Assembly (NCBI GenBank): GCA_029265315.1 | Contig: JAJUJM010000001.1 | Span: 42,493-106,492 of the forward strand | Origin: Actinomycetota bacterium | GTDB lineage: Bacteria; Actinomycetota; Coriobacteriia; Anaerosomatales; PHET01 | Direction: 5' to 3' | Length of the DNA stretch: 64,000 nucleotides | Shown: positions 35,470 through 44,181 of the stretch, one piece after another | Numbering within the stretch: the first letter of the stretch is position 1 | Layout: each line of letters starts with the position of its first letter | Program-made: the position numbers and the translations under genes | The notes under the pieces: model-generated | Told to the model about the DNA's origin: nothing | What the model saw: the letters and a program-made list of their open reading frames with translations, nothing else | The model's database searches: none

Positions 35470-36030
35470 ATGCCTGTAACCACTGCGCAGTTCAAGAACG
35501 GGATGTGCATCCAGCACGAGGGAAAGCGCTGGGTCATCATCGAGTTCCAGCACGTCAAGCCTGGCAAAGGTGGTGCGTTCGTCCGCACGAAACTCAAGGA
35601 GCTCGAGAGCGGTCGCGTGGTGGACTACACGTTCAGGGCGGGCGAGAAGTTCGATGACGTGCGCGTGGAGACCAAGAAGATGCAGTACCTGTACAACGAC
35701 GGCTCCACGTACTACTTCATGGACAACACCACCTTCGAGCAGATCGAACTGGACCGCGATTTCGTGGGTGACGGCGCCAAGTGGCTCAAGGAGAACGACG
35801 AGGTCGAGGTGCTGACCGCCGATGGCGAGTACATGGGTGTCGAGCCGCCGATGTTCGTCGAGCTCGAGGTCGTCGAGACCGACCCGGGTTTCAAGGGCGA
35901 CACCGTCCAGGGTGGCACCAAACCCGCGACTCTCGAGACCGGTGCCGTCGTGCAGGTGCCCATGTTCGTGAACCCGGGAGACCGGCTCAAGATAGACACG
36001 CGGGACGGTCGCTACATCACCCGAGTCTGA
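35470..36030 (+). CDS. efp: elongation factor P
   Basis: 186 aa with FKNGMCIQHEGKRWVIIEFQHVKPGKGGAFVRTKLK, which contains the KPGKG loop. Confidence 0.97.
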   Translation: MPVTTAQFKNGMCIQHEGKRWVIIEFQHVKPGKGGAFVRTKLKELESGRVVDYTFRAGEKFDDVRVETKKMQYLYNDGSTYYFMDNTTFEQIELDRDFVGDGAKWLKENDEVEVLTADGEYMGVEPPMFVELEVVETDPGFKGDTVQGGTKPATLETGAVVQVPMFVNPGDRLKIDTRDGRYITRV

Positions 36031-36067
36031 AGGACTGAGAGCACGCTCACGCTCGTCGAGGGTCCGT

Positions 36068-36097
36068 TTCGGTGTCGCTGTCGGCGCGCCACACGCT
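36068..36097 (+). promoter_or_regulatory. candidate promoter (CTGTCG-N18-TATAAT) upstream of the carboxylase pair
   Basis: A perfect TATAAT hexamer at 36092-36097 stands out in GC-rich intergenic DNA. The -35 is weak. It lies ~80 nt upstream of ATG 36176. Confidence 0.4.
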
Positions 36098-36175
36098 CGT
36101 ATATAATCTTCGGACTACGCGGCGCACTTCCCGCGCGCCGGGGCCGCTCGCCTGCACCATCGTAAGGGAGTCGCG

Positions 36176-38035
36176 ATGCGACCTGTTCACATCATGGATA
36201 CGACCCTTCGCGACGCGCACCAGTCGCTGTGGGCGACGCGCATGGAGATCGGCGACATGCTGCCGATCCTGCCGAAGATGGACTCGGTCGGTTACTGGTC
36301 GCTCGAGGTCTGGGGCGGCGCGACGTTCGATGCGAGCCTGCGGTTCCTCGACGAGAACCCGTGGGAGCGACTGCGCATCATCAAGCAGCACTGTCCGAAG
36401 ACACCCCTGCAGATGCTCCTGCGGGGTCAGAACCTCGTGGGCTACCGTCACTACTCTGACGAGATCGTCGAACGCTTCGTGCACGCGTCGAAGCGGAACG
36501 GCATCGATGTCTTCCGCATCTTCGACGCGCTGAACGACATCCGAAACGTGGAGGTCGCGGCACGTGCGGTCAAGGACGCCGGCGGCCACTTCGAAGGGGC
36601 CATCAGCTACACCCTCTCGCCGGTGCACACGCTGGATGCCTACATCGACTATGCGCAGCAACTGAAGGAGCTCGGCGCCGACACCATCGCCATCAAGGAC
36701 ATGGCGGGCATGCTGACGCCGTTTCGCACGGAGCGCATGGTCAGGGCGCTCATCGAGGAAGTCGGGCTGCCGGTCCACGTGCACTGTCACTACATCGGTG
36801 GCATGGCGCCGATGAACTACCTCAAAGCGGCAGAGGCCGGAGCGGAGATCGTGGACACGGCGGTCGTGTCGCTGGCGTTCGGCAACAGCCAGCCCGCGGT
36901 CGAGATGATCGTGGCGGCCCTCAAGGAGTCCGAGTACGACACGGGACTCGATCTGGACCTGCTGTTCGAGATCGCCGAGTACTGGGAGGACGTCCGGCAC
37001 AAGAAGGGCTTGAAGCGGGGCATCACCACCCTGCTGTCCATGGAGGTGTTCAGCCACCAGGTACCCGGCGGGATGATGAGCAACCTCGTGAGTCAGCTCG
37101 AGCTCCAGAAGGCCTCTGATCGCCTGCCGGACGTGTTGAAGGAGATCCCGCGCGTCCGCGCGGAGGTCGGGTACCCGCCTCTCGTGACGCCGCTGTCGCA
37201 GATCGTCGGGACGCAGGCGGTCATCAATGTGCTGACCGGGAAGCGCTGGCACATAGTCCCGCAGGAGATGAAGGACTACATCCGCGGCCTGTACGGTAAG
37301 GCACCGGGCCCGATGGACAAGGATGTCGTCGCCAAGGTGCTTGGCGGAGAACAGCCGCTCGGTCCCGACGTGAGGCCCGGCTCGTTGGCGAGGGGAACGT
37401 ACGCTGATGCGGAGGCCGAGATCGGCGACCTCGCGCGCAGCGAGGAGGATGTGCTGATGTACGCGCTGTTCCCCAACGAGGCGCGCGCATACCTCGAAGC
37501 GCATCGTGAAGGGGCAGAGGACGCGGTATTCCTCATGGGAGGTACCGTTGACACCACCGGAGAGGGAGACGCTGTGAACGTCAAAGAGATCCGTGAGCTG
37601 ATCGAGGTCCTCGAGGCTTCGGATGTGGCCGAGATCGTGATCGAGCAAGGCGACTCCAAGATCACGATCCGCAAGGCGGGAGCGGTGCCCGCTGAGGCAC
37701 CGGCCACGGTTCCTTCTGCGGCGCAGGCCGCGCCCGCTGCCGCCTCCGCGCAGGCTGAACCGACCGCCGAACCGACAGGTCAACGACCCTCCACCTGGAA
37801 GACTGTCGTCGCCCCCATGGTCGGGACGTTCTACGAAGCGCCGTCTCCTGGCGCGCCTCCGTTCGTCACCGTCGGCGACACGGTGTCCGAGGGCCAGACG
37901 CTCGGCATCGTCGAGGCGATGAAGCTCATGAACGAGATCACCGCGGAAGAGAGCGGCATCATCCGCGAGGTGGGGGTGTCGAACGGCGAAGCGGTCGAGT
38001 ACGGTACGGTGCTGTTCTACTACGAGCCCGTCTAG
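36176..38035 (+). CDS. carboxyltransferase(5S)-BCCP fusion: pyruvate carboxylase subunit B / oxaloacetate decarboxylase alpha type
   Basis: 619 aa. The N-terminal HMGL-like TIM barrel reads IMDTTLRDAHQSLWATRM...WSLEVWGGATFD. The C-terminal biotinyl domain contains GIVEAMKLMNEI (AMK biotinylation motif). Confidence 0.8.
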   Translation: MRPVHIMDTTLRDAHQSLWATRMEIGDMLPILPKMDSVGYWSLEVWGGATFDASLRFLDENPWERLRIIKQHCPKTPLQMLLRGQNLVGYRHYSDEIVERFVHASKRNGIDVFRIFDALNDIRNVEVAARAVKDAGGHFEGAISYTLSPVHTLDAYIDYAQQLKELGADTIAIKDMAGMLTPFRTERMVRALIEEVGLPVHVHCHYIGGMAPMNYLKAAEAGAEIVDTAVVSLAFGNSQPAVEMIVAALKESEYDTGLDLDLLFEIAEYWEDVRHKKGLKRGITTLLSMEVFSHQVPGGMMSNLVSQLELQKASDRLPDVLKEIPRVRAEVGYPPLVTPLSQIVGTQAVINVLTGKRWHIVPQEMKDYIRGLYGKAPGPMDKDVVAKVLGGEQPLGPDVRPGSLARGTYADAEAEIGDLARSEEDVLMYALFPNEARAYLEAHREGAEDAVFLMGGTVDTTGEGDAVNVKEIRELIEVLEASDVAEIVIEQGDSKITIRKAGAVPAEAPATVPSAAQAAPAAASAQAEPTAEPTGQRPSTWKTVVAPMVGTFYEAPSPGAPPFVTVGDTVSEGQTLGIVEAMKLMNEITAEESGIIREVGVSNGEAVEYGTVLFYYEPV

Positions 38036-38054
38036 CGGCAGGAAGGCGGGGCGT

Positions 38055-39404
38055 GTGTTCGACCGGATACTGATCGCCAACCGTGGCGAGATCGCACTGC
38101 GGGTGATTCGGGCCGCGCGCGAGATGGGCATCGAGACAGTCGCCGTGTACTCGGAGGCCGACCGTGACGCGCTGCCTGCGCGCATGGCCGATCACTCGGT
38201 CTGTGTAGGGCCGGCGCAGTCGGTGCACTCCTACCTCAACATGCCCAACATCATCGCGGCAGCCCTGACGACCGGCGCGCAGGCCGTCCATCCCGGGTAC
38301 GGTTTCCTGTCAGAGAACGCCGCCTTCGCACGGGCGTGTGCGGACTCAGGGCTCGTGTTCATCGGTCCGACGCCGGATTCGATAGAACGCATGGGTGACA
38401 AGGCCCAGGCGCGTGCGACGGCGATGGCCGCGGGCGTGCCGTGCGTGCCTGGTTCCGATGGCCCGCTCGCAACCGTCGATGAGGCGCTACGGTTCGCGCG
38501 CGAGGTCGGTTTCCCCGTGCTGATCAAGGCATCGGCGGGCGGAGGCGGCAAGGGCATGCGAGTGGCACGCGATGAGGCGGAGCTCACGGCGAACTTCACC
38601 GCCGCCAAGACCGAGGCGGCCGCCGCCTTCGGTAACGACGAGGTCTACCTCGAGAAGTACCTCACCCGGCCACGTCACGTCGAGATACAGGTGCTGGCCG
38701 ACACTCACGGCAACGCCGTGTACCTCTACGAACGGGACTGCTCTATCCAGCGGCGGCACCAGAAGCTCGTTGAGGAAGCGCCGAGCCCTGCCCTTGACCC
38801 GGAGACGCGTGCCGCGATGGGCGAGGCCGCTGTCAAGCTCGTGCGCAATGTGGGCTACGTCAACGCCGGCACGATCGAGTTCCTTCTCGACATGGACGGG
38901 CGCTTCTACTTCATGGAGATGAACACCCGTGTCCAGGTGGAACACCCCGTTACCGAGCAGGTCACAGGTGTCGACATCATCAAGGAGCAGATCCGCATCG
39001 CAGCCGGACTGCCGATGAAGCATGCGCGTCAGGAGGAGATCGTCCTGCGCGGGCATGCCATCGAGTTCCGCATCAACGCGGAGGACCCCGAACACGGCTT
39101 CCGGCCCCATCCCGGGACCGTCACGGTGTTCAATCCGCCGGGAGGCTTCGGCGTTCGCGTCGACAGCCACCTGTACTCGGGCTACAGCGTGCCACCCACG
39201 TATGACTCACTGCTCGCGAAGCTGATCGTGTGGGGCGAGACACGCGAGGAGGCCATCGCCCGAGGCCACAGGGCACTGGACGAGTTCATCGTCACGGGCA
39301 TCCCCACGACCATCCCCTTCCACCTGCGGGTACTCGACGTTCCCGCTTTCAGACGGGGCGAGGTCTATACTGACTTCATCGAGGCCGAGATGCATGCCGG
39401 ATGA
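38055..39404 (+). CDS. accC: biotin carboxylase (AccC / pyruvate carboxylase subunit A type)
   Basis: 449 aa with FDRILIANRGEIALRVIRA, the ATP-grasp glycine loop KASAGGGGKGMRV, and NTRVQVEHPVTE. Confidence 0.92.
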   Translation: MFDRILIANRGEIALRVIRAAREMGIETVAVYSEADRDALPARMADHSVCVGPAQSVHSYLNMPNIIAAALTTGAQAVHPGYGFLSENAAFARACADSGLVFIGPTPDSIERMGDKAQARATAMAAGVPCVPGSDGPLATVDEALRFAREVGFPVLIKASAGGGGKGMRVARDEAELTANFTAAKTEAAAAFGNDEVYLEKYLTRPRHVEIQVLADTHGNAVYLYERDCSIQRRHQKLVEEAPSPALDPETRAAMGEAAVKLVRNVGYVNAGTIEFLLDMDGRFYFMEMNTRVQVEHPVTEQVTGVDIIKEQIRIAAGLPMKHARQEEIVLRGHAIEFRINAEDPEHGFRPHPGTVTVFNPPGGFGVRVDSHLYSGYSVPPTYDSLLAKLIVWGETREEAIARGHRALDEFIVTGIPTTIPFHLRVLDVPAFRRGEVYTDFIEAEMHAG

Positions 39405-39784
39405 TCCGGCGTACCGCCAGAAGCGAGAGCAGCATGTCTGATGAGATACGTCTTGAAGGGCTCGGTGTCGCGCCGGGCGTTCTCGACACCATAGTGACCG
39501 TTGCGACCGAGCAGGTCGAAGGGGTCGCTGCCGTCGGGGCGCCGGGTATCGCGGGACTGGTTCAGAAGGGCGCCCGCAAGGGCACGTCGCGCGCCGTCGA
39601 TGTCTGCATGGGTGAGGACGGCGAGCTTTCCGTCGCCGTGCATATCCAAGTCAGGTTCGGACATCGGATACGCGAAGTCGCGGAGCGCGTCCAAGAAGCG
39701 GTGACGGAGGCGCTCTCGAGCCAAGTGGGTGTGCCGGTCGCCATCGTCGACGTGTACGTCGATGGCCTCGTCTTCCCTGAGTAG
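39401..39784 (+). CDS. Asp23/Gls24 family envelope stress protein
   Basis: GVLDTIVTVATEQVEGVA... and VDVYVDGLVF match the Asp23 pattern. ATG 39401 overlaps the accC stop. An alternative ATG is at 39434. Confidence 0.8.
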   Translation: MIRRTARSESSMSDEIRLEGLGVAPGVLDTIVTVATEQVEGVAAVGAPGIAGLVQKGARKGTSRAVDVCMGEDGELSVAVHIQVRFGHRIREVAERVQEAVTEALSSQVGVPVAIVDVYVDGLVFPE

Positions 39785-39787
39785 GCC

Positions 39788-40216
39788 ATGCCACGCCCGG
39801 AGCGACACAGGGCGCGCATCCAAGCGCTGCAGATGCTCTACCAGCGAGAGGTCACCGGCGATTCGATAGAGCGGATCCTGGCCGATGAGAGCTTCTCGCC
39901 TGAGAACGGACCGCCAGACGAGTTCTGTAGGCTTCTCGCGACGGGCGTCGAACAGCATCTGGAGACCATCGACGGGGTGATCGGCGAGACGTCCGAGCAT
40001 TGGGCGGTCGCCCGGATGCCGCTGGTGGACCGCAACATCCTGCGGATCGCCACGTTCGAGTTGCTGCACCTCGCCGATGTGCCGTCGAGTGTGGCCATCA
40101 ACGAGGCCGTCGAGCTCGCGAAGGTATACGGAGGAGACGACTCATCGAAGTTCGTGAATGGTGTTCTCGGCCGGATCGCCGAGCGCCACAGGAGTGCAGG
40201 GGAGACACATGGCTGA
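39788..40216 (+). CDS. nusB: transcription antitermination factor NusB
   Basis: 142 aa with RHRARIQALQMLYQ..., VDRNILRIATFELL and VAINEAVELAKVYGGDDSSKFVNGVLG. Confidence 0.93.
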   Translation: MPRPERHRARIQALQMLYQREVTGDSIERILADESFSPENGPPDEFCRLLATGVEQHLETIDGVIGETSEHWAVARMPLVDRNILRIATFELLHLADVPSSVAINEAVELAKVYGGDDSSKFVNGVLGRIAERHRSAGETHG

Positions 40217-40607
40217 GGAGCCTAAGACGTTCTCGCAGACGCGTGCGCGTCTGGAGGAGATCGTCGCCCAGGTACGGAAGAAGGACACTTCCCTTGAGAA
40301 GAGTCTGGACCTGCTCGAGGAGGGCGTGAGACTCGCCAACCAGTGCACCGAACTCATCGACCATGCGGACTGGGAGGAGGCGTCGGGCGGAGCGGCGCCG
40401 CCAGAGGGCGGCGCGCAGGATGCCTCGACTGACGGCGGAGGCGATCCGACCGGCGCTGGCGACGATCCGACCGGCGCTGGCGACGATCCGACCGGCGCTG
40501 GCGACGATCCGGTCGAAGGCGGCGAGGGTTCTTTCGGCGCTGGCGACGATGTCGAAGCCGGCTCGGGCGAACAGCCCGGGTCCGCGGACGAACCGGGGAC
40601 GGATTGA
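40209..40607 (+). CDS. xseB: exodeoxyribonuclease VII small subunit with extended Gly/Asp-rich repeat tail
   Basis: ATG 40209 overlaps the nusB end. FSQTRARLEEIVAQVRKKDTSLEKSLDLLEEGVRLANQCTELI is the XseB helical hairpin. It is followed by a ~70-aa acidic tail carrying DPTGAGD repeats. Confidence 0.8.
   Translation: MAEEPKTFSQTRARLEEIVAQVRKKDTSLEKSLDLLEEGVRLANQCTELIDHADWEEASGGAAPPEGGAQDASTDGGGDPTGAGDDPTGAGDDPTGAGDDPVEGGEGSFGAGDDVEAGSGEQPGSADEPGTD
40443..40512 (+). repeat. perfect 21-bp tandem repeat (GATCCGACCGGCGCTGGCGAC x3 plus partial) in the xseB tail
   Basis: Read directly from the sequence. Units are at 40443-40463, 40464-40484 and 40485-40505, and a diverging 4th unit follows. They encode DPTGAGD x3. 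Confidence 0.9.
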
Positions 40608-42568
40608 CACGGGTGGACGGCGAACGCCGCATACTCGACACCATCGAAGCCCCCTGTGATGTGAAGGGGCTTGATCAGGCTGGCATCACTCAGCTCGCCG
40701 CTGAGATCCGCGAGGAGCTCATCACGACCGTCGCCGCCACGGGTGGTCATCTCGCTCCCAACCTCGGAGTGGTGGAGCTGACGCTTGGCATCCACAGAGC
40801 TCTGAACTGTCCCACGGACCGGATCGTGTTCGACGTGGGGCACCAGAGCTACGTGCACAAGCTGCTGACGGGGCGACGCGAACGCTTCTCGACGTTGCGT
40901 CAGTATGGCGGCGTGTGCGGGTTCCCCAAACGCAGCGAATCCCCGTTCGACGCGTTCGACACCGGACACGCTTCCGATTCGCTGTCAGTCGCGTTGGGCA
41001 TGGCGTTGGCGCGTGACGCTCGTCAAGGGACCGAGACGGTGCTCGTCGTGATCGGCGACGGGTCGATGACCGGCGGGATGGCCTTCGAGGCACTGAACCA
41101 CATCGGACACCTCGGTGCGCGCATCGTCATCGTGTTGAACGACAACGAGATGTCGATCTCGGAGAACGTGGGCGCCCTTGCGAGCTACCTGGCTCGGGTG
41201 CGGCTCGACCCGCGCTACGTACGTCTGCGCGACGGCGTCGAGTCGCGGTTGGCCTCGAACCCCATAGGCAAGGTCATGGTCGACGCCGGCGAGGCGGTCA
41301 AGGAGTCGGTGAAACAGCTGCTCGTTCCGGGGATGCTGTTCGAGGAGCTCGGGCTGAAGTACGTGGGCCCGATCGACGGCCACGACGTGGCGGCCGTGGA
41401 GTCCGCGGTCAGCGCGGCGGCTCGCAGTGACGGGCCGGTGATCATACACGCGGTGACGCGCAAAGGCGCCGGGTACGAGCACGCCGAGGAGCAACCGGAC
41501 GCGTTCCATGGCATCGGGCCTTTCTCGGTTGAGACGGGCCGTGCGAACGGGTCGGAAGGTCCGATGAGCTACACCGAGGCGTTCTCTCGCTCACTCGTCG
41601 AAGAGGCCCGACGTGACGACCGGATCGTCGCGATCACGGCCGCGATGCCCTCGGGCACGGGGCTCGACCGCTTCGCGTCGGAGTTCCCAGACCGCTTCTT
41701 CGATGTGGGAATCGCAGAGGAACATGCGGTGGGACTGGCGGCCGGCCTCGCTCTGGGCGGCAGAGTGCCGGTCGTCGCCATCTACTCGACCTTCCTGCAG
41801 CGCGCGTACGACCAGCTCATCATGGACGTCGCGCTCCAGAATCTGCACGTGGTCTTCTGTCTGGACCGGGCAGGGCTCGTGGGCGAGGATGGCCCCACGC
41901 ATCATGGAGTGTTCGACCTGACGTACCTCAGGTCGATCCCGAACATGTCCGTGCTCGCCCCGGCGGACGAGGGCGAACTCGCCCACTCTCTCCGGACCGC
42001 GCTGGCCGCTGATGGGCCGGTGGCCATACGCTACCCGCGAGGGTCCGGAGTTGGCGTCGGCTTGCCTGCTGAGCCCGAGGTCTGGGATTCAGGGCGGGCC
42101 CAGCGACGACGCGAAGGCGATGATGTCGCGCTGCTCGCGGTGGGACGCATGGTGGGCGTCTCCGAAGAAGCGGCGGAGCTGCTGGCGCAAGACGCTGTCT
42201 CTGCATCCGTGTACAACATGCGGTGGGTCAAGCCCCTCGATCTCGAGGCGTGCCTGCACGCTGCGAAGACTCATCGGCTTGTCGTCACGGTGGAGGAGAA
42301 CACCTCGTGTGGTGGCTTCGGTGCGGCTGTCGCCGAGGCGCTCGCCGACCTGAGGCGACCCGCTTCGCTTCTGCGTCTCGCCGTGCCGGACTGTTTCGTC
42401 ACGCACGGTGCGATGGGCCTTCTGCTGGACGAGGTGGGGCTGACTGCCCAAGGCGTGCGTGCGGCGGTGCTCGGCCGGATGAGCGACGCGCCTCACCCTG
42501 AAAGCGATGGTGACGGCCGGACGGCGGAATCGAATGGCGCGTCGGCGCATCGACGTGCTTCTCGCTGA
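40604..42568 (+). CDS. dxs: 1-deoxy-D-xylulose-5-phosphate synthase
   Basis: 654 aa with GGHLAPNLGVVELTLGIH, the ThDP motif GDGSMTGGMAFEALN, and a transketolase-like middle and C-terminal domain. The start is TTG 40604 or GTG 40613. Confidence 0.95.
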   Translation: MTRVDGERRILDTIEAPCDVKGLDQAGITQLAAEIREELITTVAATGGHLAPNLGVVELTLGIHRALNCPTDRIVFDVGHQSYVHKLLTGRRERFSTLRQYGGVCGFPKRSESPFDAFDTGHASDSLSVALGMALARDARQGTETVLVVIGDGSMTGGMAFEALNHIGHLGARIVIVLNDNEMSISENVGALASYLARVRLDPRYVRLRDGVESRLASNPIGKVMVDAGEAVKESVKQLLVPGMLFEELGLKYVGPIDGHDVAAVESAVSAAARSDGPVIIHAVTRKGAGYEHAEEQPDAFHGIGPFSVETGRANGSEGPMSYTEAFSRSLVEEARRDDRIVAITAAMPSGTGLDRFASEFPDRFFDVGIAEEHAVGLAAGLALGGRVPVVAIYSTFLQRAYDQLIMDVALQNLHVVFCLDRAGLVGEDGPTHHGVFDLTYLRSIPNMSVLAPADEGELAHSLRTALAADGPVAIRYPRGSGVGVGLPAEPEVWDSGRAQRRREGDDVALLAVGRMVGVSEEAAELLAQDAVSASVYNMRWVKPLDLEACLHAAKTHRLVVTVEENTSCGGFGAAVAEALADLRRPASLLRLAVPDCFVTHGAMGLLLDEVGLTAQGVRAAVLGRMSDAPHPESDGDGRTAESNGASAHRRASR

Positions 42569-43352
42569 GCGCGGGCTGTTCCCGTCCCGGGAGCGCGCTC
42601 GGGCGGCGGTGCTCGCGGGCGAGGTGCGCGTCGACGGCGAGCTCGTGCTCAAGGCCGGTGAACCGGTGGGCGAAGACGCCAGGATCGAGGTCGTCGAACG
42701 CCGCAGGTTCGTGTCGCGTGGAGGCGAGAAGCTGGCGCACGCGTTGCTCGAGTTCGGGTTGCCCGTGGCAGGCCGCCGCGCGGTGGACGTGGGTGCGTCC
42801 ACGGGGGGTTTCACAGACTGTCTGCTCCAGGCCGGTGCGGCGTCGGTGGTCGCGGTCGATGTGGGCTACGGGCAGTTGGCGTGGACGCTTCGGACCGATC
42901 CGCGTGTGACCGTCGTCGAGCGGACCAACATCCGTTTCGCGGACCCCGCGCGACTCGGTGCCCCGTTCGACCTTGTGGTCGCGGACCTCTCGTTCATCTC
43001 GCTTCGTACGGTCCTGCCGGGTCTGCTGGGACTCATGAAAGGAGATTCCGACCTCATCGTGCTGGTCAAACCCCAGTTCGAGGCCGGTAAGGGTCGTGTG
43101 GGAAAACGGGGAGTGGTCAGGGACCCCGAGGTCCATGTCGCCTGTCTCGATGACGTGACGGACGCTCTCGGCGGTGCCGGTCTCGTGGTGAGAGGGCTGA
43201 CGTTCTCGCCCATCACGGGGCCACAGGGTAACATCGAGTTCCTGGCTTGGGCCGCGTTCGGAGGACCGGCGAGCGCTTCGTCGACGCGGGACATAGTCGA
43301 GGCGGCACACGAGGCCTTGGGAGGTGGACGTGCGCGTCCTTCTGGTGCCTGA
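42534..43352 (+). CDS. tlyA: TlyA-family rRNA 2'-O-methyltransferase
   Basis: ATG 42534 gives MARRRIDVLLAERGLFPSRERARAAVLAGEVRVDG, an S4 domain. The FtsJ-like SAM site is DVGASTGGFTD. Confidence 0.88.
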   Translation: MARRRIDVLLAERGLFPSRERARAAVLAGEVRVDGELVLKAGEPVGEDARIEVVERRRFVSRGGEKLAHALLEFGLPVAGRRAVDVGASTGGFTDCLLQAGAASVVAVDVGYGQLAWTLRTDPRVTVVERTNIRFADPARLGAPFDLVVADLSFISLRTVLPGLLGLMKGDSDLIVLVKPQFEAGKGRVGKRGVVRDPEVHVACLDDVTDALGGAGLVVRGLTFSPITGPQGNIEFLAWAAFGGPASASSTRDIVEAAHEALGGGRARPSGA

Positions 43353-44181
43353 CACCAACAATGAAGCCGCGGTGGCCGCTGCTGTCGAAGCCGCCACGTG
43401 GTGTGGTGCCAACGGCTTGGAGCCGGTGCTCGCGACCGCGGACGCCGAAGCGTGCGGACTGGCGTCGTTCGGTGTTCCCGCGCGCGAGATCGGTGAGCCT
43501 TCGCTCGTTGTCGCGTTGGGCGGGGACGGCACCATACTCAAAGCGTTCCACGTCGTCGGGGACACGGCTTCACCGATACTGGGCGTCAAGTTCGGACGGC
43601 TGGGATTCTTGTCCGGAGCCACTCCCGAACGGATGCGTGAAGCGATGACCGCGGCGCTCGCTGGCGAGGTCTCGATCGAGGCGCGCGCGACGCTGCGCGT
43701 CGAGGTCATCATGGACGGCCGCAACGCCGGCACGTACCGGGCATTGAACGAAGTCGTCCTGTCGCGAGGCACCAGTGGACGCGTCGTGGCGCTCAGTGTG
43801 CTCATCGACGGACACCGGGTGTGTGACTTCCGGGGCGACGGCGTCGTCGTGGCCACCGCTACAGGCTCGACGGCGTACGCCTTGTCGGCGGGTGGTCCGG
43901 TGCTCGCGCCCGGTCTCGGCGGCATGGTGGTCGTGCCGCTCGCACCTCACACCCTGAGGAGTCGGCCGCTCGTGACCGGCCAAGCCGACACGGTCGAGGT
44001 GGAGCTGGCCGACCCGAGGCGGGCCGATGCCTGCATCGCCGTGGACGGCGAGACGCTGCCTTGCCGACGGGCCATCGAACGCGTCATCGTCTCGCGTGGT
44101 GAGCATGACGTCCTGCTCGCCAAGCTCGACGGCCGTGACTTCTACGAGACCGTCGCCGAGGAGTTCTTCGGGGGTCGGTAG
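43324..44181 (+). CDS. nadK: NAD kinase
   Basis: 285 aa with the GGDGT motif (VALGGDGTILKA), NEVVL, and ATGSTAYALSAGGP. An alternative GTG is at 43330. Confidence 0.92.
   Translation: MDVRVLLVPDTNNEAAVAAAVEAATWCGANGLEPVLATADAEACGLASFGVPAREIGEPSLVVALGGDGTILKAFHVVGDTASPILGVKFGRLGFLSGATPERMREAMTAALAGEVSIEARATLRVEVIMDGRNAGTYRALNEVVLSRGTSGRVVALSVLIDGHRVCDFRGDGVVVATATGSTAYALSAGGPVLAPGLGGMVVVPLAPHTLRSRPLVTGQADTVEVELADPRRADACIAVDGETLPCRRAIERVIVSRGEHDVLLAKLDGRDFYETVAEEFFGGR

Noticed and set aside
36047-38185. A 712-aa ORF on the minus strand, the longest antisense ORF in the window.
   Set aside because: It lies entirely antisense to the well-supported carboxyltransferase-BCCP gene. Its translation is Arg/Asp/His/Leu-rich with no recognisable motif, which is typical of a stop-poor shadow frame in GC-rich DNA.
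42399-43925. A 508-aa minus-strand ORF across dxs, tlyA and nadK. Similar long antisense ORFs lie at 15732-16895, 26709-27971, 44317-45642, 57933-59147, 60137-61336 and 62953-63999.
   Set aside because: All lie opposite confidently assigned + strand genes and have low-complexity Arg/Pro/Gly/His-rich translations. I treat them as GC-driven artefacts.
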